This document shows positions 20,118-29,954 of a DNA stretch of 64,000 nt, piece by piece. The notes beneath the pieces were generated by a model that saw only the letters and a program-made list of their open reading frames with translations, made no database searches and had not been told where the DNA came from. Source of the DNA: Candidatus Babeliales bacterium. Its GTDB lineage: Bacteria; Babelota; Babeliae; Babelales; JANWKD01. Position numbers and translations under genes: made by a program. Every line of letters begins with the position of its first letter. The stretch's first letter is position 1. The stretch spans positions 1,354,566 to 1,418,565 of the forward strand of contig CAVRJM010000001.1 of the NCBI GenBank assembly GCA_963722075.1, given 5' to 3'.

Positions 20118-20909
20118 TTATACTAAACCTTCTTGTTTTGCTTTTTCATAAAGTTGCATTGCTTCTGTATGTATTTGATAGTGTGCGTTCCAAAATTTTA
20201 CTATTACTGCTTGTTGTTGGTTCGAAGTTAACTTTTGGACTACCGGTTTGGAATCTGCTGCATTTGGTAACTCGTCAACGGACATATATTTAAGAATGGT
20301 AAAAGGGTCATGGTCAATTTTTTTTAAACAGCTTTTACACTCCCTATATTGTAATGAGAGGAGTGCTAAAATATGGGGGTACACGTTATCTTTATTTTGA
20401 AACATCCACTTATATTCTTTTATTGCTTTTTTATAAAGTTCTTTAATTTGTGGTATATATTCCTGAGCTTTTAATTGGCAATATTCCTCATATAATGAAC
20501 GTATTCTTGTTAAAATATTTTTAGAGTGAGCAAAGTAATCTTTAAGAGCAGAATCAGTTGCATTTGTTTCTAAGAAAGTTAACAAATTGATATATCCTGA
20601 TGTTCCTTGATGATATGATTGAAAGGCGCAGCCTACATTATTGGAATCTTCACGAATACGGTGAATGAACTTCGATATGCTATATAATGCTTTTATAGCC
20701 TTTTTTATATTTTCCACCGGCATGCTTTTAGCATGTGAGGCAAGAAAATCTATTTCAAAATAAGCGAGTTCAGTTAGTAATCTCACTGTTCTATCACTAT
20801 ATATTAATAATTGTGGCTTGCTGGAAGGCTGCTTAGGATCTTCCATGCTATAAGCAAAAAAGATAGCAGAAAAAAAGAATAAGCTAGCAGTTTTTATTTT
20901 ATAATTCAT
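20118..20909 (-). CDS. Hypothetical secreted protein
   Basis: Signal peptide AYS-MEDP; leader shared with the adjacent gene. Confidence 0.75.
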   Translation of the reverse strand: MNYKIKTASLFFFSAIFFAYSMEDPKQPSSKPQLLIYSDRTVRLLTELAYFEIDFLASHAKSMPVENIKKAIKALYSISKFIHRIREDSNNVGCAFQSYHQGTSGYINLLTFLETNATDSALKDYFAHSKNILTRIRSLYEEYCQLKAQEYIPQIKELYKKAIKEYKWMFQNKDNVYPHILALLSLQYRECKSCLKKIDHDPFTILKYMSVDELPNAADSKPVVQKLTSNQQQAVIVKFWNAHYQIHTEAMQLYEKAKQEGLV

Positions 20910-20962
20910 AATAAAGTCCCTATTAAACGTTTTTGATTTTGTAGAAAGTGTTTTCTATATTT

Positions 20963-21790
20963 CTAATTATCGGTAGAAGAAAGGAGCCCCTCTAGCTCTG
21001 CTCTTTTCCTTAAGGTATCGACCTTATCGGATATTTTTTTTGCTTTTTCAGCATATTTTACCAATGAATTTTTGCGCTTTTCTTCTTTAAATTTAATAAT
21101 TAATTCTTTACCAAAAGTAGTAAGTATAGAATCGGGATTGCAAATGGGAAATTTTTCCAAGACTTCTATAGATTTTTCAGAATCTCTTGTTACGATTGCC
21201 AAGAGATTCTTACATTCTTGATTTATTTTTGTAATATGCCAATCCACAATGGTGTTAGTGGCTTTTTTAGTGTTAAAATGACGTTCAATCCGTTCCAGCA
21301 GTGATTTAACTTCAGGAGCATAGCTTAACGATTTAAGCGCTCGATACTTCTCATATTGTGTATGTAATTGAAGTAAGAAAGCCTCGTGTTGAGAAAAATA
21401 TTGTATTACCCAGGTGTTTTCTGAGGATTTTTCTTTTTTTTTAGAAGTCAGATTTAAATGCTCTTCTTTATGGGTATAAAAAAAGAATAACGTTGGGCCG
21501 GTTAACGTGTCAGGATCTGCTTCCAATTTAGTAATGGCGCTTCTTAAAGCATGTGCGCCAAATATGGTATTTAGTGCAGATTCATAGTCTAGGTGTTCAA
21601 AAGGGCTTCTTTCTAAAGCATGAAGATCCTTAAGAATATTTATGCTTTCATTGGTAATTTGTTGTAGTTGTACGCTAGAAGATTGTTTACGGAATGATTT
21701 TAAAGGGGCTTTGTTTGGATTTTCCATGCTGTATGCCAAAGCAGAAATGGCAAAAAAGAATAAACTAGATGATTTTATTTTATAATCCAT
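20963..21790 (-). CDS. Hypothetical secreted protein
   Basis: Signal peptide AYS-MENP; paralogous leader and upstream sequence. Confidence 0.75.
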   Translation of the reverse strand: MDYKIKSSSLFFFAISALAYSMENPNKAPLKSFRKQSSSVQLQQITNESINILKDLHALERSPFEHLDYESALNTIFGAHALRSAITKLEADPDTLTGPTLFFFYTHKEEHLNLTSKKKEKSSENTWVIQYFSQHEAFLLQLHTQYEKYRALKSLSYAPEVKSLLERIERHFNTKKATNTIVDWHITKINQECKNLLAIVTRDSEKSIEVLEKFPICNPDSILTTFGKELIIKFKEEKRKNSLVKYAEKAKKISDKVDTLRKRAELEGLLSSTDN

Positions 21791-21818
21791 AATAAAGTCC
21801 CTGATAAAAATTTTTTCG

Positions 21819-22835
21819 TTATAAATTTTTTAATAGTTTATAAAGAGTTGTAGGAAATAGCAATGTATCGTTTATTATTTCTTTTTGATATAAAATAGTA
21901 ACGTTTGTAGGATATAATTTTTTAAATGCACAGGCATTAGTAACTTGATGATCGGTATAGGCGGTTTCTAAGGGAATGGTAATGCACGGTTTATTGAAAA
22001 ATGCAATTTCAAACAAGGTGCCAGCGCCGGCGCGACAAATAATTACGTCTGCAGCATTATAACAATCTTGAATAGTGTTAGAAAAAGTGAAAATGTAGGC
22101 AGCAATATTATTGTTGTTATAAAATGTTTGCCAATCAAATGTATCTTGGTGTCCAATTTGGTGAATAAATTGGATATCTTGAGTATCTGCTGCCTGTTGG
22201 ATCCATTTTTTTATACAGGTATTTAAAAAGAGTGACCCTTGGGATCCACCCATGATAAAAATTGTTTTTTTAATGGGATTAAGCCCTAATTTTAGACGTG
22301 CGCGAGCAGATGGTATTTTTACAGAATTATTAAACCGTAACGGATAATCAGTTAAAAGGCACGCGCGTGAAAAATGCCGCGTTGCCTCTTTAAAGCATAC
22401 GGAGATTGAATGCGCAAAAGGAGCTAAAAAGGTAATTGTTTTACCCGGAATAGCATTAAGTTCAATAAGTTCTATGGGAATTTGTAGAATTGCTCCGGCT
22501 AAACACACCGGAATTGATACCGCTCCTCCCATACTGATAATAGATGAGGGCCTTTTTTTAATTAAATAGTACAGTGCAATAAAAAATGAATAAATGCCAC
22601 TTATTATAAAATGTATGTAGGAAAACCATTTCTTTTTATATAAAGAAGATAAGGGCAGATGAATTGAATAGGTAATAAAACTATTATTTTGCAGAATATT
22701 TTTATCCAATTCTTGTTGTGTTGAAAAAAAAAGAATATCTGCTGAAGGATTTCGTTTGATTGTTTTTTGGGCATGCGTGATGCATGGTAATAAATGGCCG
22801 CCGGATTTACCGGCTACATAACAGATTGTATTCAT
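21819..22835 (-). CDS. murG: MurG glycosyltransferase
   Basis: AGKSGGHL, ELNAIPG, GGSQGS, CRAGAGT, HQVTNA. Confidence 0.92.
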   Translation of the reverse strand: MNTICYVAGKSGGHLLPCITHAQKTIKRNPSADILFFSTQQELDKNILQNNSFITYSIHLPLSSLYKKKWFSYIHFIISGIYSFFIALYYLIKKRPSSIISMGGAVSIPVCLAGAILQIPIELIELNAIPGKTITFLAPFAHSISVCFKEATRHFSRACLLTDYPLRFNNSVKIPSARARLKLGLNPIKKTIFIMGGSQGSLFLNTCIKKWIQQAADTQDIQFIHQIGHQDTFDWQTFYNNNNIAAYIFTFSNTIQDCYNAADVIICRAGAGTLFEIAFFNKPCITIPLETAYTDHQVTNACAFKKLYPTNVTILYQKEIINDTLLFPTTLYKLLKNL

Positions 22836-22883
22836 ATTTAAACTTTTTTATTTCGTGCAAAAGTTCTACAATATCTAATATAC

Positions 22884-23294
22884 TAGGTTCTGTTGAGTTA
22901 TTGTAGAAGCATTATAAAATTAACTCAAAGTATTAAAAGATACTGGATCACCATGTCGCTACACTCCTCGTGACGACTTCGTCGAAAAAGCCGTCGTTGC
23001 GAGCTTGTCGAAGCAATCCAGGTTAAAATAAAAACTTATAGGAAATAATACAGCAAGTTACTGAGATAAGTAAAAATTTATTTTATATAAAACTAATAAA
23101 TAATTTTTTCATTGAATAAATTACTTAATAAATAAATTTATGAAATAAATTGAAAAATTTTAATGAATACTGGATTGCTTCGGCAAGCTCGCAACGACGT
23201 AGATTTATAATTTTATATCACTTGAGCAAGATCCCTTTGCATATCTTAACAGGAACTTTAAACCTCAAACAAATATAAAACACAACAGAACCTA
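22884..23294. mobile_element. Non-coding nested MITE-like element: IS6-like ends enclosing an empty GIY-YIG-type cassette
   Basis: Perfect 12-bp IR TAGGTTCTGTTG/CAACAGAACCTA; inside lie AACTCAAAGTA, a palindrome at 22944-22977, and inverted repeats 22993-23022/23170-23198 around AT-rich filler. Confidence 0.7.
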
Positions 23295-23391
23295 AGTTTT
23301 ATGGTTATAACAAATGGATACCTTAAGGCTTTTGTATTTCGTTTCATTGCTAGTATACTTATAATAAATATGTATGGTAAAAAGAAGTTAA

Positions 23392-24594
23392 ATGGGTGTT
23401 ATGCGAATTTTTTATTTTCTATTAGCAATTATTCCAAGCGCGTCCAGCGCTCTTCATTATCCGCAACTTAATTATCCTTTTCATAATAGGAACCGGGTTC
23501 CTGCGCCCCCTATATCCTTGAATACGTTAACATTGGTTCCACATAATCAAGATCAGAATGATGTCGGGGTAATGATGGATGATTTAGCTGAATTGATCCA
23601 TACTAATTTCCAATCAATTGAAGATGGCACGCATGTATTAATTAAAAATAAGGCAAATGGTGCCATAAAAAAGAAATACGCCGTACACAAAGGGATAAAG
23701 CTTGCTGAAAAGGAAAATTTTGTTACTGTTTTTTCCCGTGGTTTTGCACGAGAATCATCGCCAGCAAGTAAAGCTAGTCAAGATAAATTCTCCTATCAAA
23801 CGATAATAAAATATCTAATTCCTAGCTTTAATATGCGTGGTCTTCAACGTAAGGGTGGTGGTTTTGTGAGCGCATCTGCCGCTTTGCGTAATAATCTCAT
23901 TCATACGTCATGCGTCACTTTTGATTACCCTGATACACGATCATTTATTGATTTTGCGCAACATAATGATTTGAAATGTCTCAACACCGTGATGCAACAA
24001 ATTTCGGACAAGTATAAAATTATTTCTATGGGGGTAAGTCGCGGCGCAACCGCATCATTAAAATACGAGTTGAGTGGTGCTAAAAAGTCGGCGGTTCTTA
24101 TTCTAGAATCTCCATTTGCTTCTATACAAAATGTAATGAACCAATTAACAAAAAACTGCTTTTATTGTTTTCCTGGGATGCATACGCTGGTACAGCTCTC
24201 ATTTAAATTACTATTTCCGCGTTATAAAACTGATTATGATAATCTTTTTGATTTATTGCCGCAAATAAATCCACATATTCCTATACTAATAACCCATTTA
24301 GAAAATGATCTTTATATATCGGATAAAGCTATGTTTACCATGATAAATACCTTATCAAAATATAATCAGCATATTTATTTATTAGTGCTTACTGATGAAA
24401 CTAATAAAGCAATACATGGGCGTTTAAGTTCGATTGAACCATATCAATGGGTGGTAAATGCGTTTTTAGAAAAAAATGGTATGCCGCATGATGAAAAGTT
24501 GGCAATAAAAGGAAAAGAACTATTAGAACGTGCTCAAGCCAATGCTTATGTTAATCATCACAAAGATTGGATTCTTACTGAATGTTACTCGTAG
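23392..24594 (+). CDS. Secreted alpha/beta-hydrolase-fold protein
   Basis: Signal-like leader; GVSRG nucleophile elbow, ILESPF, downstream Asp and His candidates. Confidence 0.7.
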   Translation: MGVMRIFYFLLAIIPSASSALHYPQLNYPFHNRNRVPAPPISLNTLTLVPHNQDQNDVGVMMDDLAELIHTNFQSIEDGTHVLIKNKANGAIKKKYAVHKGIKLAEKENFVTVFSRGFARESSPASKASQDKFSYQTIIKYLIPSFNMRGLQRKGGGFVSASAALRNNLIHTSCVTFDYPDTRSFIDFAQHNDLKCLNTVMQQISDKYKIISMGVSRGATASLKYELSGAKKSAVLILESPFASIQNVMNQLTKNCFYCFPGMHTLVQLSFKLLFPRYKTDYDNLFDLLPQINPHIPILITHLENDLYISDKAMFTMINTLSKYNQHIYLLVLTDETNKAIHGRLSSIEPYQWVVNAFLEKNGMPHDEKLAIKGKELLERAQANAYVNHHKDWILTECYS

Positions 24595-24685
24595 GTTGAT
24601 TCTTTTGATAAAATGTAAGATATTATTTTTAGACTTTTGCATATAAGATCTACAAGCATGCATTCTTTTTTGAATATCTTACCCT

Positions 24686-26599
24686 ATGATTGCCCACGTT
24701 TTTATTACAATTCTTCTATCTGTATTTGCTACGGTTGTTATGAGTTATATTGCATTAGCAGCATCCATAGGCCCTTGGATAGAAACAACCTTAGTGTTAT
24801 GTAGCATGGCACTATTCTATACCGTAGCGCGTACTAAATCTGCTCATGCATATCAGCAATCGGTAGGGCTTGCTACGGCAGCCGGTGGCATCGGTGGTAT
24901 TTTGGCTACCGGATTAGCATTTTCTTTTCCCACGCTTTATTTTTTATCCCCTGAACTATTTATGCAGTGGATGAATAATCCGTTATTTTTTGCAACAACG
25001 GTAAGTTTTTTTTGCTTATCAGCAGGGAGCTTTGGATTAATTATGGCTACTGTCTTTGAAGATAAGTTATTAATACAGCAAAAAATGAAATTCCCCATTG
25101 GAGAATTAGTATACGCTGCTTTATCAGCGCAGGGACAATTAAAAAAAGCCTTAGAATTAGCGATTGGTTTTGCTAGTACTGTTTTTCTTTTAATCTATTA
25201 TGCTACGAGTAATTTTTATACGGCAACCGTAATTGTGTGCAATCGATTTGCATGGTCATTTTTTACCTTTCCATCGATAGTTTTACCGCTTGAGCAGGTA
25301 CCAATGTACCTTGCAGTAGGATTTGTTACTGGTCATGTAATTGCCATACCATTACTTGTCGGTTTTTTATCTAAGATATTGTGTTTGGACCCGCTTTTTT
25401 ATATCTATACTCATGCTGATACTGCATTGCATTCGCTCTTTTTTTCTGGATGGGCAAATACTCATTTATCAAACACAGAATTTACCTTGGCTTTTTGCAG
25501 TGGTATGGTGCTCTATGGTTCTATAATGGGTTTTTTAGATCCAATTAAAACGATAGGCGGCATACTCAATACGGTTAAAAACAAATGGAGTAGCCAACAC
25601 ACAGGATCAATACCTGCATGGCTTTATATGGGGGCAGTACTATCAATTTCGAGTATATTTTTATATACCTATTCTTTTAGCATTCTTCAATATTGTATTA
25701 TCATATCCTTGGTAGTGCTCTGTATTTATATAAGTATGGTATTAGCTGCTGGTGTAGGGGTTGTTTCTTTATGGGGCTTTATTCCCGTTGTTCGAATAGT
25801 GGCGTTAAATCAATTAGGTAAACATCTTATTGAAAAAATAGGATTTTTACTAACAAAACATGATACTTTTGGGAAAGAGATCCGGCTCCAAGCATTTTGT
25901 TCATTACTGATAACAACATCCTTTTTATGGTATTTTAAATTCACGTGGTTACAGCAAGGCTATTTATTAGTTGGTACTGCTATATGTATCTATCAAATGT
26001 TGATTATTGCAGGAAGGATGGGAATCATTCCCTTAGGAAGATTTGCTACCTTTGTTATGGTTCCTGGTATGTTATTATTTAATTTTGATCTTGTTCAAGT
26101 AACATTGGTGGCCGCATTTGTTGAAATTGCTGGCGGCGTTGCTGGCGATGTTCTTTTTGGTCGGAAATTAGCGCTGTTAACGCCGATTAATCATCGTACG
26201 ATGGTACGTTATCAATGGTTGGGCCTCATCATTTCATCAGTAGCAATTGGCATAATTTTTTGGCTGTTTATTCATAATTTAGGGCTTGGTCAAGAAACGG
26301 GACTTCCGGCTACTAAGGCAGCAAGTAGAGCGTTATTAATTAATTTTAAGAGTTTTGATTGGGTGGTGCTTTGTTTAGGATTTTTATTTGGGTGGTGCCT
26401 TAAATATATAAAAATTAATCCAGCACTTTTACTCGGCGGTATTTTAATGCCACCGGCAATTTCATTGATGCTTATTACTGGCAGTTCGCTCACTTATTTT
26501 ACTAACCGTAAAGAAGATTATTTTCCATTTTTCTCTGGGGTGTCTGCAGGAAATTCACTATGGATGCTTGCTGATATATTTATAGCTCTTTTTAAATAA
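24686..26599 (+). CDS. Multi-pass transporter, OPT/YSL-like
   Basis: Many TM helices; KMKFPIGE motif resembling the OPT LxFPxG motif. Confidence 0.6.
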   Translation: MIAHVFITILLSVFATVVMSYIALAASIGPWIETTLVLCSMALFYTVARTKSAHAYQQSVGLATAAGGIGGILATGLAFSFPTLYFLSPELFMQWMNNPLFFATTVSFFCLSAGSFGLIMATVFEDKLLIQQKMKFPIGELVYAALSAQGQLKKALELAIGFASTVFLLIYYATSNFYTATVIVCNRFAWSFFTFPSIVLPLEQVPMYLAVGFVTGHVIAIPLLVGFLSKILCLDPLFYIYTHADTALHSLFFSGWANTHLSNTEFTLAFCSGMVLYGSIMGFLDPIKTIGGILNTVKNKWSSQHTGSIPAWLYMGAVLSISSIFLYTYSFSILQYCIIISLVVLCIYISMVLAAGVGVVSLWGFIPVVRIVALNQLGKHLIEKIGFLLTKHDTFGKEIRLQAFCSLLITTSFLWYFKFTWLQQGYLLVGTAICIYQMLIIAGRMGIIPLGRFATFVMVPGMLLFNFDLVQVTLVAAFVEIAGGVAGDVLFGRKLALLTPINHRTMVRYQWLGLIISSVAIGIIFWLFIHNLGLGQETGLPATKAASRALLINFKSFDWVVLCLGFLFGWCLKYIKINPALLLGGILMPPAISLMLITGSSLTYFTNRKEDYFPFFSGVSAGNSLWMLADIFIALFK

Positions 26600-27037
26600 C
26601 TATAATCGTGCGGTGAATTTGAAGATGATACCTTGTTCGTGCAAATCACTATTTAAAGAAATTGTCGTATCAAAAATGTCATGTGCATTTTTATAGAGTT
26701 TCTTATCCAAAGCAATTGATTGTAATTCATGTAATAAAAAATTTTGAATTAAAATATAAAAATGCATTTTTTTATATACTTTTAGGGGATTTTTTTCTAA
26801 TTTTTTGTGAAAGGCATAATTGTATTGTTTTAATTTTTTTAAGCGCAGTTGGCTTTTTTCCGGTATTCCTCTTGCCGTAAGAATAACGTTAATTATACAA
26901 TTTGACTGCGATAAGATCTCCTTAAATTTTTTTACAAATGCTTCGGTTTTTTTTGGGTTGATATATATTTCTAATGGTTCCATAGAAATAAGCGGGTAAA
27001 AAATACTGCATAAAATCAATAAAAAAAATAATTTCAT
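26600..27037 (-). CDS. Hypothetical secreted protein
   Basis: Signal peptide LIS-MEPL; AAGGAG RBS. Confidence 0.7.
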   Translation of the reverse strand: MKLFFLLILCSIFYPLISMEPLEIYINPKKTEAFVKKFKEILSQSNCIINVILTARGIPEKSQLRLKKLKQYNYAFHKKLEKNPLKVYKKMHFYILIQNFLLHELQSIALDKKLYKNAHDIFDTTISLNSDLHEQGIIFKFTARL

Positions 27038-27118
27038 TGTACTTAACTCCTTTATTATTTAAACTGTCACCAAATTTAAAACGTACCATAAACCATTTTA
27101 GTGATAATTACTATGAAT

Positions 27119-27769
27119 ATGAGAAAAACATTTTTTTATTGTATTTTTGTTTCTTCCTCCCTTTATTGCATGGAATCGCAATTGCCGCTGGAAAGAATTA
27201 CCAAAGGGGTAGCCACAATAACATTGGAAGAATCGGTTCGTTATGAGGATGCCTTTTCAGCAGCATGCTGTAATAGAATGAAGGCCTCTGAATTATCAAT
27301 TGCCACAGATGAACCTATAACAAAAAATTCATATACCAAGCTTCTTTGTAATAGATATATTGGCAACGGTAACTTTGATTTAGACTTGGTGGTCTTTGAT
27401 TTTTTAGAAAAGATGCCTCGTGTTAACAGTACCACATTTCTTGATGGGCTATTGTGTGCAATAAAAAAAGAAGAAGAGAAAAAAAAAGAAAAAGGTGAAA
27501 AAATAGTAGAACGTAAAATTACCTATGAGAGATTGATTGTAAACTACTTACAATATGCCATTATAAAGCATTGTTCAATAAATATATTAATGGTTATCCT
27601 TAGCTATTATCCCGATATAGAAAGTAGAGTGCTAACATTTGATAAATATTGGCTTAATATGAAAAAAACGGTTATGGATGCCATTGGATTAGCGCTGTCT
27701 TGTGGTAATGAAGAAGCGGCGATCTTTTTGAGTAGTTTTAAAAATAAAGAAATGAACTTATTTCCTTAA
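27119..27769 (+). CDS. Hypothetical secreted protein
   Basis: Signal peptide LYC-MESQ; weakly ankyrin-like C-terminus. Confidence 0.65.
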   Translation: MRKTFFYCIFVSSSLYCMESQLPLERITKGVATITLEESVRYEDAFSAACCNRMKASELSIATDEPITKNSYTKLLCNRYIGNGNFDLDLVVFDFLEKMPRVNSTTFLDGLLCAIKKEEEKKKEKGEKIVERKITYERLIVNYLQYAIIKHCSINILMVILSYYPDIESRVLTFDKYWLNMKKTVMDAIGLALSCGNEEAAIFLSSFKNKEMNLFP

Positions 27770-29392
27770 CCATTTTTGTAGACACGCCGTATAATGTGCT
27801 TTATCACCGATAATCGAGCAAAAATTTATCGCTTGCCGCAATGAGCTGACTGCACCGTTATTATTACCTACCTTTTTTTGTGTTTTTGCTAAATGATACC
27901 ATATGGTGGTATCTTTTGGCAGATCCATAACTAATTTATTTAAGATATTCAACGCTTCTGGGTATTGCTTTTTTTTATATAAAATTAGTGCATGGGTGTC
28001 TAAAAAGTGAGGGTTTTTCTCAATTTGTAAAACGGTAGTAATTAATTGTTCTGCTTCTTCGAGTTTTTTTCCTTTAGTTGCATAATAATAGGCAAGCAAA
28101 TTTAATAGTGGCGGAAAATTTTGATGTAGTTTTTGGGCTTCAAGAAGCACAGATAGCATATCGTCCCATTTTTTGTCATTAAAAAAGAGCAATGCCAATT
28201 GATATAAAACGAGCGTTTTTATGCGCGGGTGTGCTACTTGCTTGAGTGCTTTATTTAAATATAAAAATGCATTTTTAATATCATCATTTCTTAAGAAAAT
28301 ATCAGCTTTATACAATAACATTAAAGCGTTGTGTTCATTTTTTTGTTCTATATTTGAAAGAATAGCTATTATTTGATCTTTAGTAATACCAGCCAAATGT
28401 AATAAATGGAGCGCGCGATACCATGTTTCATCATGTTCATTTTCATTAATCCATTGTGTGAGTAAGCTAATAGCCTCATTAACCTTGTTGAGCTTACATA
28501 AAACTTCAAGTTTTAATAATCTACTTTGCGTATTTTTTTGTAAAAGGGGATTAGTATCTATAATTTGTAATGCTTTTTGAAACTGATTTTGTTGGTACGC
28601 ATTTAATGCTTCATTAAACGGTTTAGTAATATCTGATTGATAGGTCATGGTGTTTTGTTTTAATTGTAAATGCATAATTTGCCGTTCAATCAATGGATTA
28701 TGACCAACAATTTTTAAGCAATGTTGATAATTGGTTAATGCTTCGTCTAGATTGCCAGCGAGTTCATGAATAAGTCCTAAAAAGAGCCAGCCATTTTCAA
28801 ATTCCGGATAGAGTTCCAAGCTTTTTTTTACATTTTCAATGGCGAGAGCTGTGTTGCCCATGCGAGATAAAATTTGCGCTTTAAGAAAGTAAAAAATAAA
28901 ATTCTTGGTCGCATGCGGTGCATGAGTAAAATAAGAATCAATTACGGCTAATGCTTCGTTAAAATGATTATTTTGTGCATGGGTTGTAGCGGTATAAAAA
29001 ATAATTTCAGGATTTTCAGGGTATTGTGTACTTAATTTTATTAACCGTTTTGCCCCTTCATCATGGTTACCAACTGCTTCAAATGCTTTGATAAATATAA
29101 GTTCTGTTGCAAGATCATTGAGGTTTATTAATTCAGGTTTGTTGGCTAAACCTACAATAGTATCGAATTGCTCTGTTTGTAATAAATGCGCTAAAAAGCC
29201 AGGATAAATATGCGTTGAATTAAAATTGTTAAAAAGAAATTCATAACAATGTTGTGCAACGGTACTATGCTCTTCCAACTGATTATAATTAGCCCAAAAA
29301 TAAAAATGATATTTTTCTGATTCATGTGCCTGGATCGCCATAAAAAAGATAAAAAAAACTGAGAATCGTACTATATAAAAAATTTGATGCAT
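27758..29392 (-). CDS. Tetratricopeptide-repeat protein
   Basis: Repeated TPR patterns (GWLFLGLIHELAGNLDEALTNY; LLNLLAYYYA; IWYHLAK). Confidence 0.88.
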   Translation of the reverse strand: MHQIFYIVRFSVFFIFFMAIQAHESEKYHFYFWANYNQLEEHSTVAQHCYEFLFNNFNSTHIYPGFLAHLLQTEQFDTIVGLANKPELINLNDLATELIFIKAFEAVGNHDEGAKRLIKLSTQYPENPEIIFYTATTHAQNNHFNEALAVIDSYFTHAPHATKNFIFYFLKAQILSRMGNTALAIENVKKSLELYPEFENGWLFLGLIHELAGNLDEALTNYQHCLKIVGHNPLIERQIMHLQLKQNTMTYQSDITKPFNEALNAYQQNQFQKALQIIDTNPLLQKNTQSRLLKLEVLCKLNKVNEAISLLTQWINENEHDETWYRALHLLHLAGITKDQIIAILSNIEQKNEHNALMLLYKADIFLRNDDIKNAFLYLNKALKQVAHPRIKTLVLYQLALLFFNDKKWDDMLSVLLEAQKLHQNFPPLLNLLAYYYATKGKKLEEAEQLITTVLQIEKNPHFLDTHALILYKKKQYPEALNILNKLVMDLPKDTTIWYHLAKTQKKVGNNNGAVSSLRQAINFCSIIGDKAHYTACLQKWLRK

Positions 29393-29416
29393 ACAGCCCC
29401 CCTGTATAAAAAATTA

Positions 29417-29857
29417 TTAGAGGCTATTTTGGTAACAACGAGCAAGGAAGTTTTTTAATGCCGCTTGCAATTCGATATCCACAATTTTTTCAAGAGATTT
29501 TTTTTGTGTTGCCGTTAAAATAATCTCAGGTATCGGTTTTAATTTTTTATAATCCCTCGTGCGTTGCGCTGGCATAGTATTACGAATCGCCCCATATTTA
29601 AATCGTATCTTTTTTACATATGGATAATCTAGCTTTGCATTAATTTTTTTTAATAGCACATCAGAAAGACAATAGAGTTCTTGCATCCAGCCGCTATTTG
29701 AAACCGCTAAGATCACGGTGTCATTGTTGATTTTTTCTAAGCGGACTTGGATTTTAAGATCCCCAACAATGGAATTCCATTCTTGTAATAAGGTAAGTTT
29801 CCACTGTTCAGGGCCAATAAATGATGAATTAAGAAGTTCTTTTACATGTTTTGCCAT
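29417..29857 (-). CDS. DUF721/DciA-family protein
   Basis: LLQEWNSIVG...ILAVSNSGWMQEL...IRF pattern. Confidence 0.8.
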   Translation of the reverse strand: MAKHVKELLNSSFIGPEQWKLTLLQEWNSIVGDLKIQVRLEKINNDTVILAVSNSGWMQELYCLSDVLLKKINAKLDYPYVKKIRFKYGAIRNTMPAQRTRDYKKLKPIPEIILTATQKKSLEKIVDIELQAALKNFLARCYQNSL

Positions 29858-29883
29858 GTCATTGCGAGCTCGCGAAGCAATTC
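29858..29883. repeat. Solo GTC-tagged palindrome abutting the DUF721 start codon
   Basis: GTCATTGCGAGCTCGCGAAGCAATTC, a variant of the GIY-YIG-flanking repeat. Confidence 0.75.
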
Positions 29884-29954
29884 ATTAATAAATTTTTTAT
29901 CCTTAATTTATTAATATACTGGTATAGCAATTAAATGTAAGAGAATTATGAAAA

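Noticed and set aside
23023..23169. AT-rich filler as an eroded GIY-YIG gene
   Set aside because: Only a short GGAAATAATACAGC resemblance; not distinguishable from chance in AT-rich DNA.
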